A stretch of DNA of 64,000 bases, from assembly GCA_023213395.1 (NCBI GenBank), contig CM041465.1:171251741-171315740 (forward strand), given 5' to 3'. The notes beneath the pieces are model-generated. The model was not told the origin of the DNA. It did no database searches and was given only the letters and a program-made list of their open reading frames with translations. The position numbers were made by a program, and so were the translations under genes. The DNA comes from Cycas panzhihuaensis. Lineage: Eukaryota; Plantae; Cycadophyta. Positions 38,072 to 51,811 of this stretch are shown here, one piece after another; position 1 is the first letter of the stretch; each line of letters begins with the position of its first letter.

Positions 38072-38794
38072 TGAGTGCTTCTAAGATATCAGGCCGCAAA
38101 GTAGGTGCTCTTCTTTTCCTTAGCGAGTTCTATACCATATTGGAACTCGCAAATAATTACCGCGATGTTATTTGTTTTATATCTAAATATTTTGCACTTG
38201 ATGATTTTTTTTTTATATATAGGTGTATGGATGTTTTTCATATGATGTCGAAAGAAAAGGAATTCTTTGACATTGCCGTTGTAGATTATTTGTCCATTCA
38301 TCTTCTATGGTCATTATGCATGTCTCCAAATAATAAAATATAATAAAACACCACTTCTTTGAGAGTAAGGATGAGAGAAGAGAGGGGAAACAAGTAAGCT
38401 AAGAGACAAGGCACTCGAGTATGGGATGGGACATGGGTACAAAGGGTTAAGATGACATGATATTAGATGTGACATAAATATAAAGAGGATAAATAATATG
38501 TCATTATAATTAACATTAGAAAAATAATAGCGAGTATGCATATACATGTATACAAACAAATCCATGGTAACTATTTACAATGACAACAATCACCCACTTG
38601 ATAACATTTTTGGGGATGAAATAAAACTTCAAACTCTCACTTCTTTATGAAAATGATAAAGAATATATAAATAAGCTCTTATGCAATTGTTGTTTAAAGC
38701 TGCAATTTAAAAAAACTAATATAATGTTATTTAGGGATGTTGGGAATTGATTAACTCAACATCCATATTACCCTTCAAATATACATATAAGCAT

Positions 38795-39629
38795 TATTAA
38801 AAAGTTGGGATTTAAACACACAAGAGAAATATGTAATACAAAATACAATATTTAGATGATTTGATAATTATATTTAATATGAGAATGTACATATATATAG
38901 AGATGTATACCTCATCTAAGACTAGTGGAAAATAATGATAAAGTAGATGAAAATTTATGACCTTTAATCATATGTGTTAAGAGTATTCACTTATTCAATT
39001 ACTTATAAGAAATATTTTTATGTACTTAAGAGAAATCATGCAAATTCATGTACAACAATTTAGAGTGCACAATAACACATCACCAAGTGATTACAATGGC
39101 CACTCACATAATCCATGTATTAAGCATTATTTTCAACACTCCCATATAATATTTCATTCATTATGGTTAGTTAAATATATTTTTCAACCTTGCTAAACAA
39201 GTGTGTGATTAGTTCAACTATGCTTTTATTTGCGCTTCCTATATTTCTTCTTCAATTCTAATTTTGATCATCTGAGTTTGGGCTCCTTAAGCTCGAATTA
39301 TATTTCTAGCCTTCAAGCTTGAGTTGTTGATGTCTATATAATGAAATAAAACTATCTACCAAAACATGTATATAACCAGCCATTGTAACTACCTATTTTC
39401 TAGGAAGATTTTTGCATATATGGTTCATCAATATCTATAGAAGTTACATATAGAATACTTATCAACAATCTTTCAATATGTCCATACTTATCATAATATA
39501 TTTTAGGACTAAGTTGAACTATCTAACTAAACAAATACGAAGCCAAATTGCTTGTTGTACATGAATAACTGAAATTACTTAACTAAACAATATTCAAGCA
39601 TCCTTGTGGATAATTGATAAAGCACAAAT
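38795..39629 (-). mobile_element. Family-X 3' LTR (38795-39138), PPT remnant and internal sequence
   Basis: Homology to 14429-15182 and 62208-62606; rc PPT-like CTCCC at 39139. Confidence 0.65.
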
Positions 39630-42600
39630 TGAAAGAGGTTAATGTATTAAGGTCATTTATGTAGATTAATTATATGACCTTAGGATATATTGTTAACATT
39701 AGTCTTTTAATGAAATGTACTTTATGTACATGTAAATGTAATTTCGGGTTCATGTCATTAGGTGAAAAAATCTCAATCTTAGTGCTCACCCTCAATAATA
39801 AAAGGAAAAATTTCAAGGAGGGAGTTATTATTCATTCTCACCTCCAAGCTTGCTCTCATATCTTGTTTCATCTCTTTCATTCTCCATTGTCATTGTGTGC
39901 ATGTGAGTGATTTATTCCCTAGATCCAACCTTCCTTCATGTGGCATCAGAGCTAGAAGAGGATCTATTCACTACATTCCACATGCATGGAGTCATTTTAC
40001 CTCTCCTTCACCTTTAATGTGAAGTATTGAGAGTGCATTCATCATTTTTTAAACATTTTGAGAGCTTAAAATTATAGTACTTTATATGTTGCTGCTTTCT
40101 ATATGTGTGTAGAAATTTAGAGGTGAAGAATACATATTTTTTAATCCATTTAGCTGCCGAAATAGTCCCAAAAGTATTAAAGGCCCAAAATTTCATTTAA
40201 AAATTGACCATATCAAAATTTGATGAAATTTGGCATGCAAGGTTACCTTGACTAGAGGATCATTTTTATCTTCTGGAGAAACTTCAAATTTAGCCTGTAA
40301 TAGCGAGTTTTGGCTGTGACAAAATGGTGAAATTTGTGGATAAGTGATTCAAGGCACTTTTTCCAATGAAATCCTTTAATTATTAGCTAAAAATCTAAAA
40401 AATTTATTAAAGAATCTGGTAGATTTATGTCTTAGGATTAGTTTAAGATAAATCTGATCAAATTTCATCCATTGGTTAGTGAGATCTATGCAGTTTTCTC
40501 ACGGTTGTTGATTTTATCTACTCAACCCCATAAAGGACATTACAAGGGCATTTCGGGCAGCTTTTTGGTAGATTTTGGAGATGGTGCAGAAGGGAAAGTT
40601 AATGCACGTGTCAAAACATAACTTTTTACATATTGAAGTTTAGATTCTGAGATAGTGGATCGGCGATTATTTTGCTTATGTTTTTCGGTAAATATTTTTT
40701 ATCCTTTTTCAGAAATTTGACTTCATAAATCTATTAGAAACGACATTCTAAACACTTTTTTCTTCTGTCATAAATTCAAATTTTATCATTTAGGCCTTCA
40801 TATTTATAATTTTTAAAAATTATACCCATTTATTATTATTTGTAACTTTTGTGAAAAAATCACAAAATAGGGCAAAATAACATGCATATAGATTTAAAAA
40901 AATTAATATTTTAGTAGCAAATTGATCTGCTTTTTAACCCATTATGGCTTTTGTATCAAAACTTCCAAAAACATATTTGGAAACATTGTATTAAAGCAAA
41001 GAAAACCCTGAATCAGAAGCAACATATAGTTTCCTTGTTAAATCTAGCATACTTTTTCTATTTGCACATATAGCATAAAGCATCACATAAAGTAGCAACA
41101 ACAACAAAGCAAGCACAAAAAGTAAGCAAGCACATTTTGCAACTTTCCATTTCAGTTTTCAATTATATAGAAACATCTTATACTATTCCTAAAAGGAATC
41201 TTATCCGTACGATCTATACTGCCAATTCTTGACTTGTGCGCACACTCACCTTGGTTGAAATAGACCAAGGTTGGCTGAAGTCTAGGCCCTAAGAGAGGTA
41301 TGAGTTTCATACTGGGTATGGTCTTAACCGGAATAGTGGTGGAAAGACAGGTTAGCCATACCTATGGCCTACAATCAAAGATAATCTTGATAACCACCCA
41401 GGAAAATTGAAAAGCTTAATGCAAGATTAAAATTAACACGGTCCAATATCCGTCATAGCCGTGGGATACGTAGTACCATTTGACTCTTTGGAGGAGGTAT
41501 ATAGTTGCTCATTGGTAAATTGGGCGAGAAATGGGAGTACCTGGGCTCCACAGTGACTTGGATTTCATCACCAAGCGCAGGTGCAGGTATCGTGGGTGAA
41601 GGCCCTAATCGTATACTAGAAGCCTTAGGCATTAAAACCTCACCTACATATGGACATAAGTGACAGGTTAGTGGTATGACACATCACCACTCTTTGCCAT
41701 CTCTACACTAGGCCCCATTCTTGCATCATTGCCCCATTCTTGCATCATTGCTTATAGTTATTTTTCATAGTTGTTGAAAAATACTTAATCATTGCTTGCT
41801 TTTTATCATAGAATTTATTTCTACATCCTTACTGTGCTAAGTGTACTAGCCACACGTGTCAGTGGCATATACTTCTATCATCTCTTCTACTTCTTCATCA
41901 TCACCATGTCATCTTAATTTAAGCATAATGTTAACTGCATATTGAAAGGCAAAGAAAATTATGATCTATGGTACACTGGAGTTAAAAATACTGCAAAGTA
42001 CGGAGGCCTTTGGAGAGCCCATTTATAGCCTACACCCAGCATACCAACAACATCTACAACATCTGCTTTTAGTGGATCCACCCCAATAGTTCCTACAGAT
42101 GCTGTAGCCAAATTACAATAGGAGATAGATGATGAAAAGATTTGTGCAGGAATTATATTGGTCACTTATCACTTATTGCACAACTTGATTAAGGAAGAGC
42201 AACATGATACAACTTGGAAGGTCTTTGAAGTTCTCAAGAAGAACTTTGATATCAAATCAGATATAGAATTTATTCATCTTGTTCTGAAAATGAACAAATT
42301 AAAAATGCGAAAGGGACGGGCTCATGAGACAATAAATCTCCTTCAACTAATCAAATAAACAATTGATAAAGATTTTAAGACCCAATGCATTACTTGGTCA
42401 TTTTTGATCTAGTTATATCTACATGTTCCTGATTATAAAAACTTGCTTGGAAGTCTTCAATCTAGTGGAACATTAAAAATACTCAACTTTAAAGCACTTA
42501 CTGATAAGTTCATTGAATTTGACAAGACCTTTGATATGAATTTTGCAGCCTCTCACTCTCTTCTAGATGCAGCCTTTGAGGTAGAAGAAGAAGTTTGCTA

Positions 42601-45600
42601 CACATGAAATCAAGGTCCCTCTCGTAGCAGAGGAAATAACTGAGCAAGAGGAAGAGGAAGAAATATAGGAAATCGTCCACAAGGTCAATCAAACCCTTAG
42701 TCACAACCTCGATAGTCTCAAGGCCAAGGGCCACCTCAACAAAGAGCAAGATAATCAAGCCAAACCAGTACCTCTTTAGGGTCTGGTAATGAAACTATTA
42801 TGTGTGATCGGTGTAACCATAAAAGACATTTAGCAAAAGACTACAGAACTGCCACTTATAAGTTGGTCAAGTTCTAACCAAAATATGGAGCTCACAATGT
42901 TGAAGAAACTTGTGAAGAATCGTTTAGTGGTGCAGGTCTTGTACAATCACGCATTCAATGAATTGAGGGATCTTCAGCATCAAATGCCATTGACCAACCA
43001 AAGAGATACTTTGAAGCTTAATGTAGATATATCACTTATGAATTCCCTTCTCCAATGCCAAGCCCTATTGGAATTGCCAATAGTGTGGCTTCAATCAAAG
43101 GATAGTAGATTATGGACACATGAGCAACTCAACATATGACGTGCAATCGTACTCTATATCAGACATTTGACTAAAATGTTCAAGGAGTTATTCACATGGT
43201 TGATAAATCACAACAACCTATTGAAGGAATTGATAACATTCGCCTGCGACTCCTAGGCCTAGAAGATTTTACATTGTTTGATGTCTTATACATACCCAAT
43301 CTCAAACAAAACCTACTCTCCTGATTCACACTTCTCTCTCTTGGATTTGATTTGAGTGTAACTATAAATGACTAGACTCTCCAGGTCATTTACCCTCCAA
43401 CTAATCAGGTGGTTTTGACTGGATATCTTTTTAGCAAACTCTTTCGATTTAATGACTCTCTATCTTTTGAAGCCCATTGTGCCCAAAGCTCTTGTGCTGA
43501 TGAAGAATTTACATTTAATTCCATCTTAACCCATCTAATATTGTCACCAGAAGCTCTTTGGCATGCTCACATGGGCCATGTTCACATTAATAGACTTAGA
43601 GATCTTTCAAACACTCTTCCAAAGTTCTCCTCTAAGCCCTTTAAATGTGAATCTTGTATCATTACCAAATCTCATTGACAACCCTTTTCCAAAAGTCAAT
43701 AAAATCAAGCCATCCATTACAATTGGTACACTTTGATTTGTGCAGACCAATGCCTATTCCTTCATTAAAGGAAAAATTATATTATATCTCTTTCATTGAT
43801 AATTTCACTAGAAAAGTATGGGTAGCTTTTCTACACAAGAAAGATGAAGCCTTCTGTATATTCAAATAATTCAAAGCCCTCACTAAAAAAGAGTCAGGTT
43901 ATCAACTCAAATGTCTTTGAACTGATAATGGTGGCGAATATACCTCACATGAGTTTGAAAGCTACCTTCGAGATAATGGCCTCAAGCATCAAACAATAGT
44001 AGCAGGTACCCCACAACAAAATGGAGTTGTTGAGCACATGAATAGGACAATTATGAACATGGCTTGAGCTATGTTGATATACAAAAATATACCTGCCTAC
44101 CTATGGGCTGAAGCTATCTTGATAATTGTTTATTGTATCAATGCTATTAGCCCATCAAAGGAAGTATAATCACCTAATGAAAAGTGGTCAGGACAAGCCT
44201 CCATTGTTCACTACTTCAAAATTTTTGGCTTTATATGCTATGCCTACATTCTGGATGCAGATCAAAATAAACTCCAGCCAAGGGCACTTAAAGGCATTTT
44301 TGTTGGATACCCTATGGATAAGAAAATGTATAAGGTCTTTATACCTTCACAACGAAAAATCATTGTTACTAGAGATGTCATTTTTATAGAGACAGAGGAT
44401 CAATTACTTAAATTGGACTTCAAAGTACCCTCACGCTACTATAATTATGTTATCAAGTATGATGTTCAAATTCTAAAATTTGGGTGGGCGGGGGGAACAA
44501 ACATAAATTACTCTAAATATTGGAAGTTGACAATAGAGCCTCGAAGGATACAAGTTGTGACTCTGAACTGATGAGTGCATATCCAGTACCATCTTTTGAA
44601 GATAGCAGAGTTAACAAAGGCAAAGGCATTATAGAAGAACCATCCTCTCTACCTTCAGTCGACGAAGGCAAAACAATGGTAGAAGGACCATCTTTCTCAA
44701 GCACATCAACATTCTCCTCACAAAATAATCATTTTAATAAATAAGATTAGAACTAAGAAGTTGAGGAAATAAAAACTTCATTCCTAACTCGAGGATCTCG
44801 AGAAGCTCGCCAACTCAATAAGGACATGCGGCCAGATGAGGTGGGTAAAACTAGCACTCGAAGTGCCCATTGAGCAAGGATGCATAAATTAATATATATT
44901 AAGCTCAAACCTGTGGAACTACACCTTACTCTTAATGAAGAGCCCTAACGTACCAAGAAGCTGTAAAATATACAGTTTGGAAAAATGTCATGAACGAAGA
45001 GTATTAATCTCTTATCAAGAACAGTACATGGGAGCTTGTTGATCTATCACTTGGCAGAAAGGTAGTTCAAAATAAATGGGTGTTCAAAAACAAATATAGA
45101 TCAGATGACACCCTTGAAAAATACAAGGCGAGGTTGGTAGCTAAAGGATTTACACAAAGGAAAGGCATCGACTACACTGAAATCTTTGTACCTACAACCA
45201 AGTGGCCTACAATTAGAAGTCTTATGGCCTTCACTGCTCAATAGGGTTGGAAAATCCACTAACTCAATATTAAGACCACGTTTCTCAATAGAGATCTTGA
45301 AGAAGAAATTTATATGGCTCAACGAGAAGGATATGAGATCAAAGGTTAAGAGCATAAGGTTTGCAAGCTCAGAAAGTCCTTGTATGGCCTTAAACACGCC
45401 CCTCGTACTTGGTTTGCCAAGTTGTTTGAAAGAATGAGGCAACTTGGATACGAGCTTTATGACTACCAAGATATTGATGCAACATTGCTTATCAAGTGCC
45501 ATAAGGATAAAGTCACTTATCTCATAATCTTTATGGATGACATGCTAGTAATGGGTAATAGTGAATAGGCAATAAGCCAGTTGGAAAAGGACCTTGGCAA

Positions 45601-47228
45601 AACATTTGAATTGTCTGGCCTTGGTTTGATGAAATATTACTTGGGAATTGAAGTAACATAAAAGAATGGAAAAAATTTCTTTTCCCAAGAAAAATACATC
45701 AACGATCTTCTAATTAGAAGATGCTCAACCAATGGCATTACCTATGGACCATAATACCAAACTCTTAGTTGATGGTGATACTAGGGAGGTAGACGCAACA
45801 TACAGAAAACTTGTAGGTAGTCTCATCTACACTACTAATATAAGGCCAGATATTATACACTCCGTCAACATTCTTACTCGTTACATGACAAATCCTAGGC
45901 AAAATCATTGTCTGGTAGTACTGCGAGTGTTGAGATACCTTAAGACGACTAGCAAATATGGTCTACTGTATGAACCTAACTCATACTTCAAACTTTCTAC
46001 ATACACAGATTCAGACTTTGCAAGAGATAAACATACAAGAAGATCTACATCTAGGTATGCGACATTTCTTGGAACAACACCAATATTATGGAGATCCAGA
46101 TGACAGAAGATAGTTGCAGATTCAATTACCGAAGTTGAATACATTGCTATTTCTGAGACCAGTAAGAAGGTGATATGGCTTAGAAAATTATTAGAAACAT
46201 TGAATATCACCCAAACAAGTCCTACCAGCCTTCATGTGAATAATCAATCAGCAATTTGCATGGCAAAAAATTCTGTATTTTACGATCATACCAAACACAT
46301 AAGTATAAAAGTCCATAGGATTAGAGAACTTGTTCATGATGGCACAATTCAACCGGAATACTGCCCCACAGCAGATTAAGTGGCTGATATCTTCACTAAA
46401 CTGCTACAAAAGTTGAAGTTTGAATAGTTCTAAAGATAGCTCGGCGTTAGGGCCTCCATCTTTGATTGATCAATGAAGATAGCAATAGGATCATCATACT
46501 TTATTCTCTTCGTAAAAACCCCTTGTGGGCACGGAAGAATAAGAGTAAGTCTCTGCTCTATCCTGTTTGTGAAAACCCCATGTGGGCACGGAAGGATAAG
46601 GGTTGTACTAGTTTTAGAAAATTAAAACCTGTGAAAACCCAAAAAGGCATAGGGGATGACCAAACGATATATGGAGACTTAGTAGATTAAGCTGCACATT
46701 TAAGTTGCTTGGCTATCAAGCTACATCAAAGAGACACCTTAGCCTTTTTTATTTATAAAAGGGGCTATAGATCTTAGAAAGTTCGTGGGTTTTTATTTCT
46801 CTTGAGGGTTTTTCCACAAAAGTTTCATTTAGAATTTTAATGTAATAATGAGGCTCAAATAAAGACCTCATAGAATAGATTTTCTCAAAAATGACCTTCC
46901 ACCATTAAAGGGGAGATTAAAAGAGGTTAATGTATCAACGTCATTTATGTAGATTAATTATATGACCTTAGGATATATTATTAACATTAGTCTCTTAATG
47001 AAATATACTTTATGTACATTTAGATGTAATTTCAAGTTCATATCATTAGGCAGGAAAATCCTAATCCTAATGCTTACCCTCAATAATAAAAGGCGAAATC
47101 TCGAGGAGGGAGTCATTATTCATTCTCACCTCCAAGTTTGCTCTCATATCTTGTTTCATCTCTTTTTCATTCTTCATTGCCATTGTGTGCATGTGAGTGA
47201 TTTATTCCCTAGATCCATCCTTCCTTCA
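39630..47228 (+). mobile_element. Full-length disabled Ty1/copia LTR retrotransposon, copy 1
   Basis: LTRs 39630-39938 and 46918-47228. PBS TGGCATCAGAGC at 39941-39952. PPT AAAGGGGAGA at 46907-46916. TSD CAAAT/TAAAT. Domain order gag-PR-IN-RT-RH. Confidence 0.97.
41906..46469 (+). pseudogene. copia gag-pol polyprotein pseudogene
   Basis: Zn knuckle CDRCNHKRHLAKDY, PR IMDT*ATQHMT, GAG-pre-integrase WHAHMGH...CESCI, IN LVHFDLC/FIDNFTRK/TDNGGEY/PQQNGVVE, RT KYKARLVAKGFTQ/LYGLKHAPRTW/FMDD, RH YTDSDFA/EVEYIA/DIFTK. Many stops and frameshifts. Confidence 0.95.
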
Positions 47229-50200
47229 TAAATATACCAAGATTTTTTGCTAACTTGTTAGAACTCTACAACTACTCATCCCTTCTATTTAAGTATCATA
47301 TCATATGCATAAACTTTCTTGCTCCAAAGAGTCAATTTTAAAGCATATAGCAAGCTATCATAAATCAAGTTATCGATCTTAATATTACAAGCATCTAACT
47401 TTTTAAATTATTATAGATTATGAACAATCAACAAAACTATAATTCACCAAATTTATTAACAAATAGTTTATGTATTATATCATTTCTTATTATGTTATCT
47501 ATGTCTTAAGTTTAAGCTTTTCTTAGATAGACTCCTTCACATACCATACATCATAGATTAATCAATGTCCTTTACATGAGTCCTTGTCTAGAGGCATTTT
47601 CTTGCTTCTTCCAACCTTGTGGCCCAACATTATAAGATACTTTTGGCTAATTACTAGGCTATGGCATAATTGATTATTATAATGGTATTATAGAATTGCA
47701 TCTTATATTATGTCTTTACTAAACAAAATAAGCCAATCCAAAATCCATGAGAAAATTATAATGCATCACAAATCTTCATTGTTAACAACCAACCATTGCC
47801 AAACTACTTTTTCTTATAGTCATTACTTCTTTCTAAAGTCTTTAATTGTAACTTTATAACATTATCTTAAACACTTTATGTGTAGTCTCTTATTGACATT
47901 TTACCAAATACTCAATGGACATGTGATAACTCGATGCGTTTTTCTTCACAAATAACTTATCACCCATAACGAAAATCTAGCTTGAAATAATAATTTCTTT
48001 CTTGATATGCAAAGCTCTCAGAGACCTTTAAAGTAGTGAATCCAAATAATTGAAATCATTGTATGTTAATTTTAGGTGCTATGCATACATATAATTAGGA
48101 GCCTATTAGCTAAGTATTCTCATATGGTATTAGATTTGCCTTTAACATTAATAACAAATAAGAATTCGATCAATTCCTTCACATGCAATTTTTAAACACT
48201 TATAACATTTGATATTTAAGGCTATTATAATGTCTATACTATTAGTTATACTCATGCAAAGATAATAATTATTAAAACCATTATGAAAATAGATTAAAAA
48301 AAGGACTTTAAAAAGGCAAAAAATTAAATTTTAACACAGTTTATTGAGTTTAGCTCCTTAAGATCATATGGTCATGAGCTAAATGGCAATGGGCTAGGCT
48401 CCAAATTATATCTAACATGATTAAATTAAATTAATATTTAGGAAAAATTAAAATATTTTAAAAATTCTAATCATCTCTATATTCAAAAATTTTGAACTAT
48501 TACGTGATTTCTATGATATTTTAACATTGTGAGCTATTTGAATGTGAATTTCTCTACCATTTTCTCCTCTGCATCCTACTCCATTTCTTTAAGGCTTTAT
48601 AGTAGTCATTCTATATGTTGTTCATAGTTCTTTATTTCTAATAGCTTAACTTAGGCTCTATCACAGAACAAGTATAAAGTCATCACTTTTTTCTTATGAA
48701 ATGTTAGAGAAGTGTAGGTTTACCTTTGACCTCAGAGTTTTATCAGTGTGATTGGGATCATATTAGCCTTCAACATTTATATATATATTTTATATGACTA
48801 TGCTTTTTCTTCATTTGGCATATTAGACATATCATCTTATCCTATAACTTCCATCGGGCATTATCATCTCTTTATCTCTTACTAACATAAAATAATAATT
48901 AAGCCCAAAATTTCACTTTAGTCGCCAAATTCATGGACTACTCCAATTCCTAGATAGTTGGCCCTATAACTCAGATTTGGTCTACAATTACTTATGATGT
49001 TGGCTATAATATTCCAATCACACCACAACTTGATTTCTCAACTTTTAGCTTTTAATGGAGCTTTATTGTTCTACCTTCAATGATGTCTAAATTTTCATAG
49101 GCTTCAACATTTAGTATCCAAAGCTTCTCTTTTAACTCATGGCTCTCACCACTATTAGAATTTAATTGCAACTCTAATACCATATTAGATTTTAGAGTAT
49201 AACATAGTGGAATATATCATGTATATATAATGATTGAATTATTATGAGGATATATATATAGAGAGAGAATAAACATGTACTAAAATATAAACATATATTA
49301 ATAAGTATTATGAGCATTCACCTCAAGAGAGATAATAGATTTATACATGCAAAACCCAATATGGGAAAAACCATAGGAGAAGGTGGAGTTCAGAGCTCCT
49401 CTTTATGATCATAGTGAATACATCTTCAAGTCATAGACCTTTCTCTTAAGTTCTGAAGTGATCTATGTACATATTTATATCAATATTTGCTTCATGAGTA
49501 GCTTATAGTTTCTATTGAGTTGTTACATCATCTAATAGCATATTTACATAGATATGTACGTATGTCACATATCTATATGATTGGTAGGATTGTGTATGTA
49601 TCCATTATTATAATATTAAACATTACATATTTGATAATATCACATATTCTAACATTCCCTCTTAATGTTTAATGTCTTCAAGTCTTCATATCTTCATGTT
49701 TTCAATTTATTAGATCATGTAACATGTATAATAATTTCTATTTATATTATCACATGTAACTTATAATCATTATATCATCCATCATCTATAAATCTATCAA
49801 CTACTATGCTTGTCTCTTGCAAATATTAATCGATAAAAAATAAGGATATACCTATAAAACTTGTATGTAGTCATTTATGATCAGTAGTGACCAACTATAA
49901 ATATCTAGCTTATAAATATCAACCAATCATCATCATCATCAATATCATCAACTAATATACGAAGTGTTTTCCTCAACATCTTTATATCTTCATGTATAAA
50001 ATTACTATCAAACATCTATTAACCAATCATCATAATAATCTAAACAAATAAATTGATTACTGGGTCCATATAAAATAATAACCATATATTGAAATACATG
50101 GGTAATTAGAATTTGTCATCACTAGTTCTCTAGGTAATTATTTTAAATATATAATTCATCAAGTTTTAAAATGCTTGTTATAAGAGTAACATAATCTCAA

Positions 50201-51580
50201 CTCTCGTGTACGAGTTAAAACAACATAATCTATTATGTTGTATAAGAGTAGCTTATGCAACCTTTACTTACTTATTGTAAACAAGATTTCTTTATGTGCT
50301 TCTTCACTTGCATACTTCTATAGCTTTCTTTTGGCAACTATTAATCACTCATCATCAAACAACCATCCAAAACATACTAACTCTAAGAATAAACCAAATT
50401 ACTTGGCTAAGACAAGTTAGACGTAACAAGGTAACATAATCAATGTGTTTCTATGTCTCTTGTCATATATGGCCAGTCGTATTTCTCACTTACAAATACT
50501 TTCTTCTATTAGTTGGAAAACTTTAATAACTAATTATTAGTTGGATAATATTAATAACTAATTGCTATACTAATTATATAATCATATGAGATTTTTCTCC
50601 TTATCTTATAAATAGGTGGAATTCTCTTAATCAACTCCTTATCTTACCATCAATAATCAAACTACCCCTTTGTCAAATCAAGTGGTGTTATTAATCATTG
50701 AACATGTGTCCATCAATCATTAAACATTTAAAAGGTTGTTTAAACTAGGTGATATATTCATTTATTTAGTGTTGTGTACTTACACTAAACCAAATCTGTA
50801 AATTTTAAGGGGAATTTATATGTTTAACATATTAATAAAGTTTTATATTAACAACTCAATAAACATATCCCACTCTATATATATTTTAATCTGTCATGAG
50901 TCCTCAAGTATCATAAATGAGCCTTGAATTATTCACTTTTAAATAAAACTTCCTTTTCCTTCATCATAAAAAACTATATAATCATCATATTGGGAGCCTT
51001 TGAAAACATTAGAATATCTAAAAAATTTTCTTAAAAGATTTATAAAATGCATATTTTATGAGGTTTAAAAAACTTTATCTTTTAATATCTCTATTATCTA
51101 CTATCTAAAATATGTTGTGTGACCACTCATTTTGAATGTCTCAAAGTCTTATTTTCAATATAACTAATGATGTCTGATTTTGATATTCTAGTGAAAAGTT
51201 ATGGTAAAAAATACACCACTATGTCTCAAAATTTATATAATCCTTAAGAAAATCGAATTTCAATTTTTAAAATAAATTCAATTCAATTTACAATTTTAAA
51301 ATTTATAGGAAAGATTAAATTTAATTTATTTAGATTTGAAGTTTGCCTCTTTCGTGAATAAGTCCTTACTCATATAACTCCTCTATATGACCACCTATTA
51401 ACTCACTAAGGGGTTGCAAACTTTAAAAAATTATAAAAAATAATTAAATCTAAAAATTTATATATAATTCTTTTTATGCTTTAAAAAGGAATTAGTGCAA
51501 AAACTTTGTCTACATTGATCGATCTATATGAATGGTTGGAAGCATCATCTCCCTGAATCTTTATTAGATCTCTTTCTTAA

Positions 51581-51811
51581 CTCAAACTCCTTGACCTTTG
51601 TCAGATGGTTATGATCCAACTTGTTGATTGTACTATCCATGGCCTTCTCAATCTTCTCTTTATCCACTAGATCTAACTTTCTAACGATCTTCTTATCTTA
51701 GGTAGTGTTGCTCATATTATAGGCATAATTCTTAAGTGAATTCTTAGCATCGACATTCTTCTTAACCAATTTGTGCCCAGGCTTATACCTCTCAATGTCC
51801 TGTATTATCTG
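51581..51811 (-). pseudogene. HSP70: Cytosolic HSP70 C-terminal (lid) gene fragment
   Basis: Minus-strand translation QIIQDIERYKPGHKLVKKNVDAKNSLKNYAYNMSNTT*DKKIVRKLDLVDKEKIEKAMDSTINKLDHNHLTKVKEFE matches plant HSP70 [38 protein letters not shown]..KL...DK.KIE.AI...I.WLD.NQLAE.DEFE. Confidence 0.88.

Noticed and set aside
38071-38565. ORFs downstream of RLK copy B
   Set aside because: 3' UTR/flank sequence with no recognisable domain; the frame is not preserved in the paralogous flank.
39674-39910. Similar ORFs at 39674, 46962 and related ones at 60099
   Set aside because: They lie within copia LTRs; the repetition reflects LTR identity, not a gene.
41712-41749. Small tandem repeats (19 bp x2 here; ~47 bp x2 at 14033-14122)
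   Set aside because: Only two units with no spacers; ordinary slippage or repair duplications, not CRISPR-like arrays.
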